Below, piece by piece: positions 10,360 to 23,425 of a stretch of DNA of 64,000 bases. This DNA comes from Lingula anatina (Eukaryota; Animalia; Brachiopoda), in the NCBI GenBank assembly GCA_051362555.1, contig CM120645.1:1178001-1242000 (forward strand), given 5' to 3'. The position numbers and the translations under genes were made by a program. Numbering within the stretch: the stretch's first letter is position 1; each line of letters opens with the position of its first letter. Below the pieces are notes generated by a model. That model was not told where the DNA came from and did not search any database. It saw nothing but the letters and a program-made list of their open reading frames with translations.

Positions 10360-12760
10360 CTTACTTCCGGTACAAATAGTTCGTCTGCTTAACACATGTT
10401 CATTCCCGTTGCAGAGTCGCTATCTCTTGTTTATAATCATCCACGCAAACATTTAATTTTGATTAAATAAAGGCCCGAATGTTTGCAGCTAACGCCGAAA
10501 CCTAGCAATGGTCTCTTAAATTACAACGAGAGTGTGGTGCTAAATATATCCGATTCTTTTATTCACGCAGGCCATTGCTCCGTTATATATACGCACGTAC
10601 GTTACAAGGGTTAGGTTTGTTTATTCTTTGTGAGGCTAAAAATAAATACTCCCGGCCCAGAGAAAGCACGGTCTCTGTTGTAGTTTTTGTTTGCATCTCT
10701 TTCAATCCAGCACTGGCCCCTTTCTTTGTGCAATCTCAAGCTTCTATCTTGCTCAAACAAATATGCCCATACGGCTTTGTTTGTTATTTTTGTTTACACA
10801 GCAGGTGCTAGTGACGTCACATATTGCGAGCTGTATCACTTCACAAAATAACAAAGTCTGCCGCCGCTGTAATAATTAGGTCAATTGTACGGCGGCTAAC
10901 ATCCATTCGACATTATATGGCTTGCCTGTTATGCTGCCATCAACCATTAAATATTATTTTGTAAACGGTGTCATGCAGGTACCCGCTTTCATAGAAGACA
11001 GCAAGTCAACGATGAATGACCAGATGGGCGGAGTGATATATTTATATTTACGACAGTGATGAGGCTATTAAGTGTTGTCTGACGGCCTGAAAAATTTTCG
11101 GCTCTACTGACAACGTGCACGAAGGACTTCGGACAAGTTTGAGGTGAGTCAACCAACTTAACTGACAATTTTGGGTCATTTCCACTACTTTGACACTTAA
11201 TTCATCATGATTATCGATAAATTTGGGCCCAGTGCTCGCCAGGAAGTTGTTGTTTAGAGCGGCCAACGCTTCGGTAAACAATTTGCATAGCCAATGAGCT
11301 GGTCAGAGAGGAAGAGGTAGCGTGACCCAGTTTTCATTCACAACTTGCCTTCTTACGTCGGCTAAATAGTAAAACGTGAACCCTCCTCTCCTGTCAATAT
11401 TTGTGGGGAAAAGAGTTGTCTTAGAAGAGAGTAAAATGAAGGTTTATAAGCTGGCGATCGCGTTGTTGTTGTTGATTATTAAACCGCCATGTTACTTTAC
11501 GTTGAATAAACAACGGGCACAAAAATCGATAAGGACAACAATAAAAGCCGAGTTGCATTGATGGCCTAGAAAGTTAATGTCAGCCGCGATTCGTTTCTTA
11601 TTTTACATCGCTGGTAACCCCGGCTTGGTTGACAGTGCTGAGTAGAGAATGAGTAATCGCGGTTTTGCTGCGCGTACGCGAACATGTGGGCCGATCTAGT
11701 AAAGTAAACAAAGCCGCTGCAGAATAACGTTTTAACTGCTGGAAAGAGTTAGAACATGTTGTGTTTTGGCCGAAAATGTTGTTTGAATCTAGGTGGGCCT
11801 TATCAGGCTACTTTAGAGTGAGCGCGTTTGTTTCAGCATGGATTATTTGCCCAGTAAATGGACCAGATGTGCTCTGTGCTGCAGTTTTAATTGTTTATTT
11901 GTATTGTGGCTCCATTAGCCAAAGGCAATTTGTGCAAAATCAAGGTAGTTTATCACGCACGCCCTATCAACACCACAGAGCCACAGTGAGACTTGAGTGG
12001 TAATACAACACAACAAATTTTGCTGCATTTCTTTTATCTTAGCAATTATCGCCAAGAATATTAAACTTTTGCAGAAAGTATTTGAATAGGCGTCCAGAGA
12101 GGCAGCTAAGCAAACTCTAACTCAATTAAAACCTGGGATAGTATTGTTTACAAAAGCGGGATTTGTATTAAGGTTTCCAGCATTTTGATTGGCACATTTG
12201 TTTACTGATTTGTTATTTTTGTTTACTAATGCGATCCTAACGGGGTTTGCCATCTGCCAAGTTTGCATAAAAAACCCTGACAACTATCAGAAGGCCAATT
12301 TTAAGATATAATTAAACCTAGCTCCCATCTTGTGCATAATTTACCATTGAAATGTGTTTGCCTCCTTTCATAAAGGCAGTCATCTGTTGTTCAATATCCC
12401 TAAAGATTTGCTTGGCATTAATTGCTATTTATTTATCATGCCCTAGTTGTTATTTTTGTTGACTGCGCTATCGACTTCACAAAGTCTCATTGTAATGTGG
12501 ATATACTGCATGCTCAGTGTGGGTAAGGGAGCTTTCTCTGTCATTGGGTTGGGTTTGTTTGCAGAGCAAATGTAGTGTTTATTATTTTCAGCTTTATTAG
12601 CAGAGTCCCAGAGTAATATCCTGTATTTTTGTAAAATCCAATATTTAGGAAGCCGAGAGAGAGAGAACCAAGAACGCGGGGAAGGTCGTGCGATCGCCGC
12701 TCTGTTCTCCTGGTCAAGAAGGAAGGAAAGAGTAAAGTAGGAAAGCGATGTCCAGAGTAA
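10360..12760 (+). promoter_or_regulatory. Probable FoxP promoter and upstream regulatory region, divergent from SAMTOR
   Basis: Visibly CpG-richer than the flanks; ETS motif ACTTCCGG at 10363, CRE palindrome TGACGTCA near 10812, repeated GTAAACA/TGTTTAC; ends at a strong splice donor. Confidence 0.45.
12748..12756 (+). CDS. FoxP: Candidate FoxP first exon 1a, coding part MSR
   Basis: Purine-rich leader, then ATG TCC AGA|gtaagt; phase 0 matches the exon at 28596. No homology support. Confidence 0.4.
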
Positions 12761-15005
12761 GTATATCACCTTCAGGACATTGGGAGATTGCAGACACTAA
12801 AGAACCTTCTTGTGATTTCACACCTAACGGTTTTAATCAATTATTTAGCATTCATTTTAAGGCAAATCTTTGATTTATAGAACATTCGAAGAAATTCAAG
12901 TTTTATGTGGTCATGTGTGGTTGCTTTAGTTTGTAAACAATTACAAGAAAAAAAAAACTGAATTAATATCAATCTTTTACAGCTTAATTTATCTATAAAG
13001 TTTGAATTTAGCTGATTTCATTAGATGTTATCCAGTTTGGTGAAGTTGTTGAATTAATAAAAGTCTGTTGTTTTTAGAAAGATGACCTGATGAGTGCTCA
13101 GTGAACTGAGAATTTTATTGTTTTTGTTATGATAGATGCCAATTTAAGGAGGTTTTAGCAGCTATATTTTATGTGCTGGAATGAATGATGTTGAAAGCCA
13201 TAGTAAAAAGATAGCATTTTTTTTTTTGTTGTTGTAGTGACCTCTTAAACTGTGTTGCACTTTTATGATGAGTTTCATTTAATTAGTTTGTTTCTTTAGT
13301 TTTGGTGAAACAGTTGTTTAAAACTTGATACATTTTCTCAGTGCTGCTGTGTATGTGTGTGATTGCAAATCGATGCATATATGTGTGTGCACGTGTGCAT
13401 TTGTGAAGGTGTAAATGTGAGTATGTGCATGTTGGACCTCTTGGTGCATTACGATTGAAAATTTACATTTTTGAAAAAATTAGTGTATGGTTGTTTCGGT
13501 CCTTAGATGTTTAGAGAAAGGATTTAAAATTTAAAAGAGCAAGTTACACTTATTAAAGATTAATTTTTTGAATACTTACAGTATTCATTCTGACTAAAAC
13601 AGGTAATTTGAAGTGTATGGGAGGTGTTTTAGTAGACTACTAGTAGGAACTTTCTCAAAAAGGATGTACTGATTAGATAATAACAGAAAAGAAAAATCTT
13701 TCGTGTTAATTTGTAGTCTGGAAGTAACACAGTGAAACTTGACCAGCATAATTTATGTTAATATTTTTTTAAAGACATATCTGAACATGCCTATAATGCT
13801 GGCTGGTGAAGCATAAAATGCTTATTTTATCTTTTTAGGAGTAAATCACTGTGTGTAGTCTTTTTTAACCACTGATTTCTCAGTTTATATTTAAATATTT
13901 TCAAGATTTTCAAATATGTAACAGTGATGTCATTTTCACAACCATTAAAACAACTGCAACAAGGAAAAAGTTTATCCTTGATACATTTTTTAACTTTTTA
14001 GATTACAGAAAACTGATACTTAAAGTAAGGAAAGGTCTACAAAGATCTGCACATAAATTATTTTAGAGTGTTTTGCTCATTGACTTTCAATTTATATTTT
14101 GCTCTTTTCCAATTATTTAATTACTATAGAAGCATTTGTCTTTTTGAAGACCAAGTAAGCTAAAATTGTTTAGAGATTCTGACTTGATACAAATGAACAA
14201 GACGTGGTTGTGATAAGCTTATGAATAAAACAATTTTCATTTAATTACTTCATTGGAATGGATTTAATTTAACTGTCATTCAGCATGATACACAGCTGAC
14301 TTGGTTTGTTGAGAATACTTTCTCCTCTGCTAATTAATGTGTGTGGTTTTCCTCCCATATTAACATATCTATCAGAAGCACTCAAATCTGACCTGTAATG
14401 GATTGTGGTTATTATTATAGTCCACAAATCTTACATGTATATGAAATTCGACAATTTATTTACTATCTGACTCATCAGGTAATTTACATGGTGATTATAC
14501 AAGATACACAAGTAGAGGCTCCCCCCATTCAATCTTTCCATAGGATGCTGTAGATAATTGTACACCTAAGTTTCATAAGGCCTTACGGGAATGGGTCCTG
14601 ACCGTCCCCTTTTCATGGAGTCCTCAAAACATTTTGTGATGGAACAATGAACATGGAATGTCGAGCATATCTGTCTAGTCCTGTATTGAAGTAACTAACA
14701 ACAAGCTCCTCTCTGTAATTTCAGGTGTTTTGTTATAGACACAGGCTAGTGTACTTGGGCAAACTTCCCCTTGTTTGTATTTAGGCAGGGGTAATTTGTA
14801 TGACTGACGGGTTTCAGTGGGTCTTCCCCTTTCTTTATCATGATAATTGGTTCAGCAGGTAATTATTCCCCTTCTTGTAGATCAAAGGGTACACAGTCCT
14901 CTTATCTGTCTAATAAACATCCAACTTCCCTTGTGTTGCTACTGCCACCAACAATAGGGCGTAAGGGCTGTCCACAGTTGGTGGAGAGAGTCAGAAGAGA
15001 CAACA

Positions 15006-15026
15006 ATGCAGCCAGTGTCGACCCAG
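15006..15026 (+). CDS. FoxP: Candidate FoxP alternative first exon 1b, coding part MQPVSTQ
   Basis: acaATG CAG CCA GTG TCG ACC CAG|gtaagc; strong donor, phase 0 matches the exon at 28596. No homology support. Confidence 0.4.
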
Positions 15027-18000
15027 GTAAGCCCCCGTGTTCCGTCAAGCCATGAGTTGTGTATTTTGGGTGAAAAACAATGTCATCTAGGGCATGTTTT
15101 TCACCGAAAGCATCATTGAATGAGTTTGTCAGTTAGACAGGCTTTTCAGGGTCACTCAGTCATCTATTTTTATGAGTTTTTGAGGTTACTGAGAATGTTG
15201 TAAACTATGAAGATGTTCACTGCTGTGAAGTGATGCCTGCATGAATTTATTCCACCCTCTTTTAGATCTGTTTTTAATGTGTTTCAACATGGGTTTTTAA
15301 AAATTTTTCTTTGTTTCTTAAATATCTTTTGCAACCATCTGTTTCTTATGTTTTATTTGTTAAGTAACAATTTGTATTTAAAGAAAAGAGGTTTAGTGAG
15401 TACCACTAATTTAGGGTTCCCTATTTGCTTACTGAAAATGAAATAAAAATAAATCAACACAGGAAAATGGTTTGATTTTAAGAGAAAGTGTTTTTCTTAA
15501 TAAAAACAACACGTCAGACACTATTTCCAAAGACTATTTTATGCAACCATTGTCAGCAGAACCAGTTATTGTAAACTGTTTGTTTTAGAAGTGTTTGGTT
15601 TATAATTTTTTTGCACATTCAATGCATGAAAATTATTTTACAAAACATTTGCCACTTAAGAATTCACTCAATTGTCAAGAAAAACTTGTTAAATTATTTG
15701 TTTTCTAACTGTGAAATAAATCTATTTATCCATTAGCAGCAAGAGATACAACATGAATGCAAATTATCATCTGATATTTACTTCTTACTTTCATATTATT
15801 TATTTATTTTACCTCAAAATGTTATAGGTACCCTGAAAAAAAGGGGGGAAAGAAAAGAGATTCCCCTCCTGTCTTTAGCAATAAAGCATAGCCATCTTTG
15901 GATCAGTACCCTCAAAGCTTTTTTAAGGCTCTGGAAAAGACAAACAAGTTTTTTTTTTTCTGGTTTTCCTTGAAGTGCTGTGGATGTAGTCTGAATCCTG
16001 GGTTTCCCAGCTGTTCACCTCCATGTAGGTCCGCTGGCGCTGGTGGGGTTTGTTTGTCTGTGTGGAAACTTACTTATTTTCCTGTTTATGTTTTGACTAC
16101 ATCAGAACAAGATGACTCACTTTGCTGTGGCAAACAATTTGGCACTTCTTGCCTTTTTTCATTTTTTTCACCACTCTGAACCAAATTACATGTTTAAAAG
16201 TGAGAGAGATTTGTTGAGACAGGGAATAGTACATGTAGTGTGGATATTTGTCAGATAAAGTAAATAGGAGAGTTAAAAAAGAGACTTTGTTAATTTTGTT
16301 GATGTAATAATGCTCCATACTGAAATAGCTGTGTACATTAAAGTGCATCTATTAGTGTTTGAGAAATAACACTGTATATACAAGAATTTACAGTCACACC
16401 CAGAAAGAAAACACAGGGCAGTGGCAATGAATCCAGAAGCTTTAACCATCCTGACTGGCAAAACGTGTTATGTTTATTGACCAATTTATTTATCGTTCAA
16501 GACTGTATTGATTTGTGTGCTGCCAAAGTAAATAGTAACATCATATTGCAAATAAATTTAGCAGCCAGCAACATGACAAAGCTTTTTGCTACGAGAGGAT
16601 CAGGACTAAGCAGGGTTAGTATATTCCTGTCTGTTTCACGTATTTACTTTGAAAAACAAGATTCAAAAGGTAAGAAGGATGTAAATAGGGTTTTTTAAAG
16701 GCCACACATTGAGAAGGTAAAAAAATTGAGAAGATAGAAAAAAAAAATCACAGATCTGAGTTGTAAACTTTAGAGGGATATAAATGATGAGGGGGCGTGG
16801 GGAGGGGGGATGACGGAATTCCGATTGAACTTTAAGGATAAGCTGCCTTGGATTACTGACTGAAGTTTATTCAGTGACAGCCATGTAATATAATAATTAT
16901 TGTCTTCGACACATGGGGTAGTTTTCTGTTATTTATTTTTTTTATGTAATCTCTCCCATAATTAACTAAATGAACCTAAGTTGAAAAACACTGGAAAATA
17001 TTTATTTATGGGGAAATTGGGGGTGGGGGATAAAAAAACTTAACGAAAGTAGGGGAAATGCCTTCCTGAAAAAAAAACCAAAAAACAGAATTTGGTTTAA
17101 TGAATCATATATTATTTTTATATATGTACTTTAAGCAGAAAATTAATAGGGGTTGTTGGAATGTTTCTGGCGCCACTATTTGAAACCAGGTAATTTTGTC
17201 TGTTGAAACCAGATCTGTTTGTCATCTAAGCACACATTTCCTGATTTCAGAATGTCCTTTTCCAGTAATCAAGTAGATTAAGCAACTGGTATTTGGTGAA
17301 GTAGTTACTTCAGTTGCAAATCGCATTTCTGTGATGATTTTTCACAAGTGGTTTTGGCTTAATTTGGTGTTTTGTTGTCTGAATACTGTGGGGTTAGGAT
17401 CACTTCACCATGAACAACACCTCTTATTTATCTGTTGTCTCAGGTTCATGCTATTTTATACAGCATTGCACACCTGGTGACGTATATTTTCAGGTCATTG
17501 TGGTCCCCAAAGTGTAACTGAATCTCACCAAGTTGACAACCAAGGATTAATTAAGAAAAAAATAGAGAAAGCAAAATGTTACCAAAACTGGTTATTTCCA
17601 CGTGGGTATTTCACAAGATCAGAACAAAGAAATAGTACTTTTACCACGTGGAAAGAAATTTGTCAATTTCAAGACTCAGTGAAGGGGTGCATTAAGAGAA
17701 AGCAATCTTGGCTCTCATCCTGTCCCGGGCCTTGGGGGGGGGGGGGATTTGGAAGGAGTGGGAGTTTTGTCAAGTGTCATGTCCTCCAGTAGGTGGGCAG
17801 CACAGGGATTAGAATGACCCTCTGTTGTGATCTAATGGTAATCACTTTCTGCTAAGAGGGCACAATCTAAACCATTGCCCGTGGAGAAAACGTGAGAACT
17901 TTTCACCTTCAAGGACAAAGTTTCCTAGAGGTTATAGTTAAAAGAGAATTTTCTTATGATTCTCTTGCATGAATATTTTAGTATACAGAGAGCCATTGCC

Positions 18001-21000
18001 GCAGATGTTAGGTTCCGTTCATCCTTTGTCGCCACTCTTGTATGAGGGATGGTGGCTTGGTCTGCCATTCTGATCTTTGCACGGCTTTTCTTTTTTTATC
18101 CATTCACATTAAACGGTTCACTCTCAGGTCGGGGATAAGAAATGTATACTCTTGTCCAGTAGATTAATTCAAATAACAATGTTTTCTCCAGCACAGCTCT
18201 GGGATAAGAAGTAAATAAGGGGAAAAATCAATGGATGTCACTTTATTATGCTGTTGAAATTGTTTTTCTGTCAAGAGAGAGAGTAAATTTCCTGACCTTG
18301 CATCCTTTCTGGTTCTATTTTGGCATGATCATGATGAACTGCTTTGTTACTGGGAACCCAAGATAGAAAATGGTTTTATTGATAAATTTTCTTAATAGGA
18401 GCTTGGTTTTTCTTATTGGTAAATAATGCCACAACATCCCAGGCCTGGAGTTTTGTATTTCGTATTGATTTATTTGGGTGTTTTTTGTCTTCGATAAAGT
18501 GACGCAGACAAGGCAGGGGATTAGCTCATTTGATGTCCTGGATGATTCCGCGATTCTGTATCAGCTTTAGTTCTGATTGTGGATTAAGGTTGGCAAGATG
18601 ATACATGCATGGGTCTGTTTTTTTTAAATAAGTTTTTATCAGCCAAGGATCGAGTCTGAAGAGCTTTTGCAGGAGTCCGTTGTTTAATACGTGCATTCTT
18701 GTACACCTAGCCAGTAAGAGGTAATTAGAAAATATTTTAGTTACTAGTAGAACAATTTTACTATTGTTTTTTTTATTTCATTTCTGGTATATTGTCTTAA
18801 AAGTTAAATAGAGGTGTTTTCATTAAAGATGGACAGATCCTTCTCATTCTAGGCTGATACTGGCAAACAGCAAACGTCTTCGGACAAGATCGGAAAGACA
18901 AATAGAAAGGAGTCCTACCAAGAAGGGTGGACCTATTTTCAGTGTGAATGCGCCTATTGAATCACTTGGGCCATTAGTGTGAAAACTCCTTGTCAACATA
19001 GGCAAAGATCAGACCTTCCACCACAAGTGTAAAATCATTAGCAGTTGGGTGAATAACAGAAACAACTATCTGTGATCTGTGTTGTCTTTCTTTCTTCTTA
19101 AGAATGAGAAATCGGTATTTGATATCTCAACCACATTGTTCTTGAAAAAAAATGTTTGATCATCCTATAATGCCTGCAACTTCAATTCCCTGTCCAATAG
19201 TGTGGTGTTGTTTCCAGTGGCAGTGGGTAAATATTAATCACAGATTTTTTATGAGATCTCTGAGAGACAAAAGCTTCTTTATTGCAGGGATAATTATGCT
19301 TGATTACACTGCAGGACGCGATGTGTGCTTCCTCCGTTGGTAAAGTTAATAATAAAGACAAGACAGTTTGTTTTGCTGAAAACAGTCAACACGGCTTTTT
19401 ATTGATTTCTCTCTGTTCATTGTTTGCTCACTCTTTGATTATTTCGGACGGAAAGATACATGAAACTTTTTTCCATTTTACTGGTGTTTTTGTCCAACGC
19501 TTCACTGTACTTGTATAGAAGGTGTTTGTTCTCCAGCAGAGTTTGGGTGCAGGTTATGTCGCATGATGGGAGGAAAGAGGCTGAAGGGCAGGAAAAACTA
19601 AACAAACTCTGTTTTTTCCATTCTGCTGAGGCTGCCTTCAGTGACATGCAAGGCATTGCTAGGAGTCGTGCTTGTAGCGTTGTTATGCCTCATGGTGTAA
19701 CATTAAGCTGGTTAAACTTGTTATACAACTTGTTGTAGATCTGAGGTAATAGGTTTATTTGTGCCAGTGTATGTAAATTGAGTTCTGGAATATCTGATAT
19801 AATGTCCTTTTTCCTTTTTAAAAATAAAACACCAGTGAGAAATCAGAAATTGGGCTGCCCAGGTCTCCATGCCAGGAAATAAACAAAATAATCATTGGGT
19901 GATTTTCTTAGAACAGGTAACAACTGACACCTCATATCTGCCTAGATGTTGTTTTGTTTTTTGAATTGAATGATCTTGTGTATGTGTTGTTTTTCAAGTT
20001 CCATAAAGTATGTACATCAAAAATAGATGTCATTTTAAAAAGTATTTATTAACTTCTGGTCATACCTCAGTTTTTGAAAGAAATTAATTTAGCAGATCTT
20101 AAAATTAAAGAAGTGTATGAATTCAACCTTACAGGTGGTGCAGAATATGTATGATTCTTGAACATTTATGAACAAAACATTTTTCCAGAAATGTAATTCA
20201 TCAGTTTTATCCAAATGATACAAGCAATTGCCATCTACTGTTTTTTTCATGATGAACAAATGCAATAAGATATTGACAAAAGCAAACTATTATGGATAAT
20301 GGAGACATTTGCTGATATTAAATCAGATGCCATTACAACATGTTTCCCTAGATTTCATTACCTCAGACAGTGTCTTCTTTTATGAAATATGACCTAACCT
20401 ATGTCAGAGCTCAGTTTTGAGACACTGACATTTGTGCAAGTGCGATTTGTTTAGGGGATTGACGTCTTTAGGAATGTTCCCAGATATTTCTTGAGTAAAA
20501 TGGAGATGATCAATTCCTTACTGCTCCCCTAAAATCATGTTGCTCATATTTCAGTTCTATCCCTAGATAAGGTATAAAAATAGCTCAGCATATAGTGAAG
20601 GTGTGGTCGGTAGAAATGTAAAAAGAAAAATCAACTTCTTTGTTAGTTGTAATCATTGAATTAAGATTGTAAAAAATGAAATCAGAGAGCATGTACACAA
20701 GTAATGCAGGTACCATAGTGAAACTGACGTAGATTGCTGACAAGTCGATACAAGTTTTTAGTTGTGGGAAAGTTTTTATCATGATGGTGTTTAGTGTAAT
20801 CTCTCCGCACCCTTATTTACAAAGCCTTTGGCTATACAAGCTGCTGCAGCTATGATCAACAAACAAGAAAATCAATTTTTGCTTGTTTACTTTTCACAAC
20901 AAAGCTTTTAGATTGTTTACATATAACACCCAATCCTTTCAGAAGCTGCTGTCTTTACCCTGGATGCAAAGCTTTTCCAGTGAAGTAGCAGGAGAATTGC

Positions 21001-22218
21001 ACAGACAAATTTTAGTGGTGAAGTGTTTGAAAAAACAAGAAATACCTGTTGTTATTTTTCCATCCCCAACAAAGAGCACTGGAGCTCTTTTGTTTGTTTA
21101 CTAAACTGGGGAGGTAGATATTTTGTTGACTTAATTGATGTTGTTATTTGCACAGTGTCACGGTAACAGGAAATGGCTATTTTCTTTTCAGCGCCACGTC
21201 TAAACAAGCCTTAAAACAAATACCGTTGTGTTTATCTATAAACTTGGACATTAGAGTGATTGTGGAAACAAGAAACCTAGTAAGCAGCGCTTAGAGTTGA
21301 CTCAGGGCACGAAGTACGTGATGTGTTGATTTAACTGATTTTCGACAGTTGTATGAAGGGTTGTGGGAACATGGAGTCAGTGGCGATGCTGCAAGTCAAC
21401 GTAACTCCCTGAACAGCTAGTGCGATGTGCTATTAATAGCAACAGTGATGATAAAGGATTAAGTCAATATATCACAATATTAGGATTGGGTAACATTCAA
21501 GTGTGTAATATTAAAGCATACAAAGGAAAAATGTACCCATGTTTATCTGTCTATTTTTTTTTTTTTTTTTTTTTGTATTATTGTATGATTATTTCATGTT
21601 TTCATTATGACATTGGTGTTTGCACTCTACAATGCTTTCATTGAAGATATGGAAAGAAAATTACTTTAAAGAAATTTGCAGCAGAAACCTGATCATGACT
21701 CCATAAATTGCTGTCCAGGCCAGTTTCTAATACGTTTTAACAATTTTGGTTTTGTTCCGCCCCTCCCCTTCCTTCTCTCCCCAAGTATGTTTGTGTCCAT
21801 CCTGAGGCATATCAGCAGAAAGTAAACTAACATGAATGCAACTCAGACCATCTGTTCAAACAGCAGAGGCTGTTCTCTATACATACAATATCATGTCAGA
21901 TGGGGTTCCCTGATGGAGAAATCGAGAAAGAAGGCTGAAAATTGTGAATGGGTTGCACGGTAACTATACCTTTCAAACTGATGGCATAGGTCTGTTTTTG
22001 TTAGTTACTGTTCCGTTTCATTGTTACTGCTGCTGTTTTGACAGCAAGGTCATCCGTGATGGAAATCTAGGTTGGAATACTATCATTCATTCAAGTTATT
22101 ATTGTAGGCGCAGAGTGCAGCTTGTTGTAGCAGCTTTGAGGTTGTAGCGGCTGAAGGCTGGGATTAATTGTTTCACAGCACTCAGTCTGCACTGTCTGAA
22201 CTCAGTGGAACTTGGCCT

Positions 22219-22931
22219 TGTGAGTTCATATAGCCAGTGTGTGAGTGAACTCTACTGTTGGCCCTCCTGTGAGTTCATATAGCCTCTGTGTGAGTGAACT
22301 CTACTGTTGGCCCTCCTGTGAGTTCATGTAGCCACTGTGTGAGTGAACTCTACTGTTGGCCCTCCTGTGAGTTCATATAGCCTCTGTGTGAGTGAACTCT
22401 ACTGTTGGCCCTCCTGTGAGTTCATATAGCCAGTGTGTGAGTGAACTCTACTGTTGGCCCTCCTGTGAGTTCATGTAGCCACTGTGTGAGTGAACTCTAC
22501 TGTTGGCTCTCCTATGAGTTCATATAGCCTCTGTGTGAGTGAACTCTACTGTTGGCCCTCCTGTGAGTTCATGTAGCCACTGTGTGAGTGAACTCTACTG
22601 TTGGCTCTCCTATGAGTTCATATAGCCTCTGTGTGAGTGAACTCTACTGTTGGCTCTCCTGTGAGTTCATATAGCCAGTGTGTGAGTGAACTCTACTGTT
22701 GGCTCTCCTGTGAGTTCATATAGCCTCTGTGTGAGTGAACTCTACTGTTGGCCCTCCTGTGAGTTCATATAGCCACTGTGTTGGTGAACTCTACTGTTGG
22801 CCCTCCTGTGAGTTCATATAGCCACTGGGGGGGTGAACTCTACTGTTGGCCCTCCTATGAGTTCATATAGCCACTGTGTTGGTGAACTCTACTGTTGGCC
22901 CTCCTGTGAGTTCATATAGCCATGTGTGAGT
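22219..22931. repeat. 49-bp minisatellite, about 14.5 copies
   Basis: Unit TGAGTTCATATAGCCWSTGTGTGAGTGAACTCTACTGTTGGCYCTCCTG; period checked from 22221 to 22270. Confidence 0.95.
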
Positions 22932-23035
22932 AAATACTGCTGTGGGGGGCAATAGTATGAACTTGGAGTGATGAGAATTGAGTTGTAATAAAATGGAAAG
23001 GCTGTGTAAGGATGTAGTTTATAGTTGGGTATGGA

Positions 23036-23425
23036 TGGTTGTATGCCCAATTCTGTTTGGTATGGCCACTTGGTTGCCTCAATTCAGTAAGGTACTGTAG
23101 GGTGCTTGTTTACCCAGTTCAGTTCGGCATATTTAGGTGCATGCCCAGTTTAGTTTGGCATAGTTGGTTGTATACCCTGCTAGAGTTGGCATGGTTGTAT
23201 GCCCTGCTAAAGTTGGCTTAGTTGGTTGTATGCCCTGTTAAAGTTGGCATAGTTACTTGCATACCCTGTTAAAGTTGGCATAGTTGGTTGTATGCCCTGT
23301 TAAAGTTGGCATAGTTGGTTGTATGCCCTGTTTAAGTTGGCATAGTTGGTTGTATGTCCTGTTAAAGTTTGCATAGTTGGTTGTATGTCCAATTTAGTTT
23401 GGCATAGTTGGTTGCATGCCCTGTT
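23036..23425. repeat. 31-bp minisatellite, degenerate at its 5' end
   Basis: Unit TTGGCATAGTTGGTTGTATGCCCTGTTAAAG; about 9 clear copies from about 23150, plus decayed copies upstream. Confidence 0.9.

Noticed and set aside
22219-23425. CRISPR-like appearance of palindromic periodic repeats
   Set aside because: Units are head-to-tail with no unique spacers, there are no cas genes, and the context is a eukaryotic intron.
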